A stretch of 10,834 bases of DNA from positions 1-10,834 of the forward strand of contig JBKHBH010000075.1 in assembly GCA_046542505.1 (NCBI GenBank), given 5' to 3'. Both the position numbers and the translations under genes were made by a program. The notes under the pieces were generated by a model that was not told where the DNA came from, made no database searches, and was given only the letters and a program-made list of their open reading frames with translations. Every line of letters begins with the position of its first letter. Positions within the stretch are counted from its first letter, which is position 1. Shown here piece after piece: positions 6,343-10,834 of this stretch. This stretch comes from Thermovirgaceae bacterium (GTDB lineage Bacteria > Synergistota > Synergistia > Synergistales > Thermovirgaceae).

Positions 6343-8208
6343 ATGTCGACCTGGAAAGGCAGAAGAGCCTGGGTTGATCTTGCCGAAAGAACAGTGACAT
6401 ACGATGAGATTCCCGAGAAAGAAGGGCGGAAGTGGGGAGGCATGAAGGGCCTCGCCCTGCCGATCCTCCTCGAGCACCTTGATCCCGGGACGGACCCGCT
6501 GGGGCCCGACAACCCCCTGATCGTGGCCGCGGGGCTTTTGAACGGCCTGGCCTTTCCCGGCGTATGCCGGTACGGCCTCTATGCCAGAAGTCCCCTGACG
6601 GGCGCATACGGGGAGTCCGAGGCGGGGGGATACTTCGGACCGGCAATGAAAAACCAGGGCCTTGAAATGATCGTCATCACGGGGACGTCGAAGGATCCCG
6701 TTTATCTTTGGATCGAGAACGGCGCCGTCGAGATCCGTGACGCCTCAGGCCTCTGGGGGCAGGAGACGGGGCCTACACTCGAAGAGCTGAAAAAAGAACA
6801 GGGCGAAAAGATCACATCGATCTTCATCGGTCCCGCCGGAGAACGGATGGTCCGCTATGCCTGCGTCATCAACGACCTGCGTCACGCCAACGGCAGGACG
6901 GGCATGGGAGCCGTCCTGGGATCCAAGAAGCTCAAGGCCCTGGCCTGCCCGGCACCGAAACCGGAAAAACCCGCAGATCCGGCGCTCCTCAGGGAATGCC
7001 ACGAGGTTTTCCGCGACTGGAAGGACAACCCCATGGCGGCGGGGCTCTACGAGCTTGGCACCACGGGGGGTGTTTTGAACAACCACCAGGCGGGACTCTT
7101 GCCCACGAAGAATTTCCGTCAAGGGACCTTCGACAAGGCCGCCGAGGTGGACGGCCGCGCCATGAATGAAAGGCTCTTGATAGAGCGACACGGATGCTTT
7201 TCCTGCATGGTGAAGTGCAAGCGCGTCGTCGAGGGCGGTCCCATGGATCTTGACCCCAGGTACGGCGGACCCGAGTACGAGACACTGGCCGCCTTCGGGG
7301 CCTGTTGCGGCGTGGAGGACCTGGACGCCGTGTGCAAGGCCCATGAACGCTGCAATGCCCTGGGCCTGGACACCATTTCAACCGGCGTGGCCATCTCGTG
7401 GGCCATGGAATGCGTGGAAAAGGGCCTTCTCGATACATCGGAAGCGGGTGTCGCCGGCTTCGGCGACAGCAGGGGCATGCTGGCCGCTGTCGATGCCATC
7501 GCAGCCGGAGAGGGCTTTGGCGCCCTCTTGTCAGAGGGGATCCGAAGGGCCTCAAAAAAGGTGGACCAAAAGAGCGAGGCCTTCGCCATGCATGTCAAGG
7601 GGCAGGAAGTCCCCATGCACGAACCCAGGGGCAAGACGGGCCTTTCTCTGGGATATGCCCTGGCCCCCGTGGGGGCAGACCACGTACAGTTCGCCCACGA
7701 CACCATGATCGCCAATCCCGATTCCTACAGCTTTAAAAAAGTCAGATGCCTGGGCATTACTGATCCGCCGGACTTGCTGTCCTTCGACAACCAGAAGCTG
7801 CGGACCATTTCCGCCCTCTGGAAACACTGGGCCCTCATGAACCACCTGGGAGGATGCCTCTTCGTCTTTGCACCAAGAAGTCATTACCCCGTCGCGAAAA
7901 TCCCTCAGCTCGTTGAGGCGGCCACAGGCTGGGAGACATCCCTCCATGAATTGCTCGAAGCCGCCGAACGGGGCATCGCCGTGTCGCGGATTCTGAATGC
8001 AAGGCTCGGCATCGGCCCCGAGGAGGACAGGCTTCCGGAACGGTTCTTCGAGCCCCTTCCCGACGGCCCCTTCCAGGGCAAGGCTATAAAAAGGGAAGAC
8101 TTTGAAGACGCCAAAAGGAGGTTTTTCGATATCATGGGCTGGGACATCAAGGGCGTTCCCTCAGAAGCGACCTGCCTCAGGCTGGGACTGGAGGAATTCC
8201 TGGCGTGA
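6343..8208 (+). CDS. aor: Aldehyde:ferredoxin oxidoreductase (AOR family, tungstopterin + [4Fe-4S]), ~621 aa
   Basis: DPLGPDN, RSPLTG..GESEAGG, IGPAGE, GRTGMGAVLGSKKLKA, cluster ligands CFSCMVKC plus a distal Cys (GGCLF), GPEYET, LGLDTIS, HVKGQEVPMHEPRG, EDRLPERF. ATG 6343 follows GGAGTGA. Confidence 0.95.
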   Translation: MSTWKGRRAWVDLAERTVTYDEIPEKEGRKWGGMKGLALPILLEHLDPGTDPLGPDNPLIVAAGLLNGLAFPGVCRYGLYARSPLTGAYGESEAGGYFGPAMKNQGLEMIVITGTSKDPVYLWIENGAVEIRDASGLWGQETGPTLEELKKEQGEKITSIFIGPAGERMVRYACVINDLRHANGRTGMGAVLGSKKLKALACPAPKPEKPADPALLRECHEVFRDWKDNPMAAGLYELGTTGGVLNNHQAGLLPTKNFRQGTFDKAAEVDGRAMNERLLIERHGCFSCMVKCKRVVEGGPMDLDPRYGGPEYETLAAFGACCGVEDLDAVCKAHERCNALGLDTISTGVAISWAMECVEKGLLDTSEAGVAGFGDSRGMLAAVDAIAAGEGFGALLSEGIRRASKKVDQKSEAFAMHVKGQEVPMHEPRGKTGLSLGYALAPVGADHVQFAHDTMIANPDSYSFKKVRCLGITDPPDLLSFDNQKLRTISALWKHWALMNHLGGCLFVFAPRSHYPVAKIPQLVEAATGWETSLHELLEAAERGIAVSRILNARLGIGPEEDRLPERFFEPLPDGPFQGKAIKREDFEDAKRRFFDIMGWDIKGVPSEATCLRLGLEEFLA

Positions 8209-8429
8209 CGAAGGTTACAGTGGTCATTCCAAACCCCAGGGGCAGCCAAAAGCGAGAGGTCTCTCTGGAGATCAAGACCCCTGTTACTTTGAGGGATCTC
8301 CTTGAGCGGGCCGGCCTTGATCCGGAAGATGTCGGCGTCGTGCTGGGACCTGACGGACCCGTGCGGTACGACGCCCTCGTCCCCCCGCCGGACAGGCTCG
8401 AGATCCTCCCGCCTTTGGCTGCCGGTTAA
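8205..8429 (+). CDS. MoaD/ThiS-family ubiquitin-like small protein (74 aa) with C-terminus LAAG
   Basis: GTGA start/stop overlap with aor. The sequence fits a beta-grasp pattern (TLRDLLERAGL...V.V...DRLEILPPLAAG). This family commonly accompanies aor. Confidence 0.82.
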   Translation: MTKVTVVIPNPRGSQKREVSLEIKTPVTLRDLLERAGLDPEDVGVVLGPDGPVRYDALVPPPDRLEILPPLAAG

Positions 8430-8434
8430 GTGAA

Positions 8435-8452
8435 AGCCGAACCATTTCGGTT
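8435..8452. terminator. Small hairpin after the moaD-like gene, possible terminator
   Basis: AGCCGAA-CCAT-TTCGGTT stem-loop followed by AT-rich AATAAAAA; the U-tract is weak on the plus strand. Confidence 0.3.
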
Positions 8453-8469
8453 AATAAAAATCTCCTTAT

Positions 8470-8530
8470 TGTAAACGCTAACATAAAACTGGGCCAAAAA
8501 TGGTGGTAGTGCTCACGTAAAAGTGAGCCA
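8470..8530 (+). repeat. IS21 left end: terminal TG plus two ~20-bp transposase-binding repeats
   Basis: GCTAACATAAAACTGGGCCA (8477-8496) and GCTCACGTAAAAGTGAGCCA (8511-8530) are 16/20 identical. Multiple end repeats are typical of IS21. Confidence 0.8.
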
Positions 8531-8593
8531 CCCCAACCGAAATTCCTCCTATCATGCAATCAGGACACGACGCATGAGGGAGGAGGAACAAGG

Positions 8594-10069
8594 ATGGTGG
8601 TTGGGGTGGACCAGTACAAGCGTATCAGAAAAATGGCGGCAGAAGACGGACTCTCCCAGAGGGAGATCGCAAGACGACTCGGCATATCCAGAAACACCGT
8701 GGCCAGATACTGCAAGGGAGAGCACATGCCATGGGAATCAGCGAAGCGGGACCGAAAACCAGGGATCGTGAACCAGGACATCGAGCGATTCATACGTTCC
8801 TGCCTCGAACACGACAAGGATCCGGACATCCCCAAAAAACAACACCACACGGCCCGCCGGATCTACGAGCGGCTCGTTTCTGAAAAGGGGTTCACCGGTG
8901 GGGAGTCCACCATCCGCAGGTGGGTGAACCATCTCAGGGAAGAATGCTCCATCGAAGCTTTCATGCCTCTTGAATTCGCCTTGGGTGAAGCCGCCCAAGC
9001 GGACTGGGGAGAAACCATATTCTACCTGGGTGGAGAAAGGACACGGGCGAACCTGCTCTGCTTCAGGCTGTGCGGGAGCCGGCACATAGACGTTCGGGCA
9101 TATCCCCGGAAGGACCTTGAAAGTTTTCTCGAAGGGCACAGAGGGTTCTTCGAGCGCATAGGAGGCGTCCCTCGCACCATCATTTACGACAACCTCCGCA
9201 CGGCGGTGCGCAAAGATTGGGGCAAGCGAGCCGTCTGTCAGAAGGACTTCGAGCGTTTCTCGGCCCATTATGCCTTTACGCCCCGGTTCTGCAACATCGG
9301 CAAGGGCAACGAGAAAGGCCTGGTCGAGGGGTTGGTGGGATACGCCCGCCGGACAGTTTTCGTCCCCGTTCCTCATGTCGACACATGGAACGAGGTCAAC
9401 GAGTCGCTTGCCGAACACTGCGACATCTACAAGAAACGGCGAATCCGGGGACAAAAAACAAGCGTTGCGGAACTCTTTGAAGCCGAGCAGGAGACATTGC
9501 TCCCGCTCCCCCGACGGATCTTCGAAACCGCGAAGGTGAAGAAGGTGAAGGTAGATCACTTCAGCACCGTCGGCATCGATGGCAACCGGTACTCCGTTCC
9601 CGTCCGACACGCTGGACGTCATGTTACGGTTAAACTCTCCGCCTTTGGCATGGAAGTCTTCTCCAGGGGGGAGAACATAGCCTGTCACGAGCGATGTTTT
9701 GGAAGAGAACAGACCTTGTACGAGCTGAAGCACTACATACCGCTCCTTGAAAAGAAACCTCGTTCTGTCAACAACGCTGCGCCGGTAGCCACACTCGACA
9801 TTCCGGCGGAATTGAGGGCTGTGGCAGCGCGGTCAATAGATCCTGACAGGACCATGGTCCGTATTCTCAAACTCTGCGCAGATCATGGTATTGAACGCGT
9901 CGCCGAGGCCGCAAGACGTGGGCCTGCGCTTTCACTTGACACCCTTCGCCTGGCATTGTGGGAAAAAGACGGGGACAGGGTGGAAGAAAACCTGTCTGCG
10001 CCGGACGTCAGAGTCGAACCCGTGGACCTGGGTTCCTACGACCGGCTCCTGGAGCACGTCGAATCATGA
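8594..10069 (+). CDS. istA: IS21-family DDE transposase IstA (491 aa)
   Basis: N-terminal HTH LSQREIARRLGISRNTVARY, HTARRIYERL, DDE residues in AQADWGE, IIYDN and EKGLVE, and C-terminal NRYSVP. AGGAGG RBS at 8581-8586. Confidence 0.96.
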   Translation: MVVGVDQYKRIRKMAAEDGLSQREIARRLGISRNTVARYCKGEHMPWESAKRDRKPGIVNQDIERFIRSCLEHDKDPDIPKKQHHTARRIYERLVSEKGFTGGESTIRRWVNHLREECSIEAFMPLEFALGEAAQADWGETIFYLGGERTRANLLCFRLCGSRHIDVRAYPRKDLESFLEGHRGFFERIGGVPRTIIYDNLRTAVRKDWGKRAVCQKDFERFSAHYAFTPRFCNIGKGNEKGLVEGLVGYARRTVFVPVPHVDTWNEVNESLAEHCDIYKKRRIRGQKTSVAELFEAEQETLLPLPRRIFETAKVKKVKVDHFSTVGIDGNRYSVPVRHAGRHVTVKLSAFGMEVFSRGENIACHERCFGREQTLYELKHYIPLLEKKPRSVNNAAPVATLDIPAELRAVAARSIDPDRTMVRILKLCADHGIERVAEAARRGPALSLDTLRLALWEKDGDRVEENLSAPDVRVEPVDLGSYDRLLEHVES

Positions 10070-10833
10070 AGCCCGACGTTGCTGCACGCATCGCCATCCT
10101 CGCGAAACGGCTCCGGATCCCGTCCTTTCGTGAGTGCGATCCACTCCTGCGAGAAGCCCGTGGACAGGGTCTGGATTATGAGGCCTTCCTGCTCTTGCTC
10201 CTTGAACAGGAGGCCCAGCAGCGGGACGACAAGGCACGGCAAAAAAGGCTGAGAACGGCACGGTTCCCCCTGGCGAAAAGCTTCGACGAATTCGACATGA
10301 GCCGGCTTCCCAACGTGTCCGAGGCCACGGTGTGGGACCTCGCCTCCGGAGATTTCGTGGATCGCAGGCAGAACGTCATCCTCGTGGGAAATCCCGGTAC
10401 CGGGAAGACGCATCTGGCCATCGGTTTGGGACGAAGGCTTTGCGAGAAGGGATTTTCGGTCCGTTTCACCCAGGCCGCGTCGCTGGCAACGGAGCTTTCC
10501 GAAGCCACAGAGGACAAGATGCTGGGACGGCTTCTCAAGACACTCGAAACGGTCGATCTCCTGATCCTGGACGAATTGTCCTACGTGTCCTTTACGAAAA
10601 GCCAGTCGGAACTCCTGTTCCATGCCTTGTCGGCGCGGAACGAGAAAGGGAGCGTAATGATCACGACGAATCTCGAGTTTTCAAAATGGACGGAGCTTTT
10701 CCCGGACCCCATGCTCGCGGCCGCGATGATTGACCGGATCACTCACCGGTCACATATTCTCGACATGAATGGCGCCTCGTACCGATTGGCCGAGACGAAA
10801 CGCCGAAAGGCAAAAGAAAGTGGCTCAATTTAA
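10066..10833 (+). CDS. istB: IS21-family AAA+ ATPase helper IstB (255 aa)
   Basis: ATGA overlap with istA, Walker A GNPGTGKTH, Walker B LLILDEL, ITTNLEFSKW, AMIDRITH, GASYRL; TAA at 10831-10833. Confidence 0.96.
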   Translation: MKPDVAARIAILAKRLRIPSFRECDPLLREARGQGLDYEAFLLLLLEQEAQQRDDKARQKRLRTARFPLAKSFDEFDMSRLPNVSEATVWDLASGDFVDRRQNVILVGNPGTGKTHLAIGLGRRLCEKGFSVRFTQAASLATELSEATEDKMLGRLLKTLETVDLLILDELSYVSFTKSQSELLFHALSARNEKGSVMITTNLEFSKWTELFPDPMLAAAMIDRITHRSHILDMNGASYRLAETKRRKAKESGSI

Positions 10834-10834
10834 A
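10821..10834 (-). repeat. Start of the IS21 right-end repeat (inverted)
   Basis: The reverse complement TTTAAATTGAGCCA resembles the left-end TAAAAGTGAGCCA. Confidence 0.6.

Larger units (their letters stand above)
8470..10834 (+). mobile_element. IS21-family insertion sequence (right end cut by the window edge)
   Basis: Starts with TG (TGTAAACGC...), contains subterminal direct repeats and the istA-istB pair, and an inverted copy of the end repeat begins at 10821. Confidence 0.93.

Noticed and set aside
7249..7260. CTTGACCCCAGG inside aor, matching repeat copy 2
   Set aside because: It is a 12-bp match within coding sequence (LDPR) that lacks the upstream part of the motif; probably chance.
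3143..8208. AOR + ferredoxins + flavoprotein as one AorABC-type complex
   Set aside because: The genes are in different orientations with separate promoters, and the flavoprotein is a single-Cys CoADR/Nox type. Electron transfer between them is possible but unsupported.
5049..8208. Selenocysteine read-through at TGA stops
   Set aside because: All expected catalytic and cluster Cys are present as Cys, and the TGA codons fall at natural protein ends.
8451..8475. Outward-facing hybrid promoter from the IS end (TTTACA) and a minus-strand AAGGAG
   Set aside because: No -10 at a 16-18 bp spacing, and the downstream ORF is antisense to the moaD-like gene.
9958..10065. N-terminal extension of istB, or a possible istA-istB frameshift fusion
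   Set aside because: The ATGA overlap at 10066-10069 with an upstream GGAG is the usual IS21 arrangement; I saw no convincing slippery site plus structure.

Overview
GC-rich chromosomal window from an anaerobe; the gene content resembles amino-acid fermenters such as Synergistota, but that is inference only. Left part (minus strand): a secreted Sel1-repeat protein running off the left edge (missing from the ORF track), a secreted hypothetical protein and an M20D amidohydrolase. Middle part: a single-Cys CoA-disulfide reductase/NADH oxidase-family flavoprotein (+) converging on two tandem 2x[4Fe-4S] ferredoxin-like genes and a class I SAM methyltransferase (-). Right part (+): an AOR-family aldehyde:ferredoxin oxidoreductase coupled to a MoaD/ThiS-like protein ending AAG, then an IS21-family element (istA/istB) whose right end is cut by the window edge. 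The best unannotated signals are (1) a shared Fur-family-like operator, ATTGAnAAnnnnTATC, at the promoters of the flavoprotein, the ferredoxin pair and the methyltransferase, suggesting a compact metal/redox regulon; (2) an intergenic repeat ending GACCCC in three same-orientation copies, two of which bracket one gene; (3) duplicated ferredoxins with different tails, one RGG-rich; (4) a hairpin that would hide the istA ribosome-binding site. No clearly new system is proven by the sequence alone.
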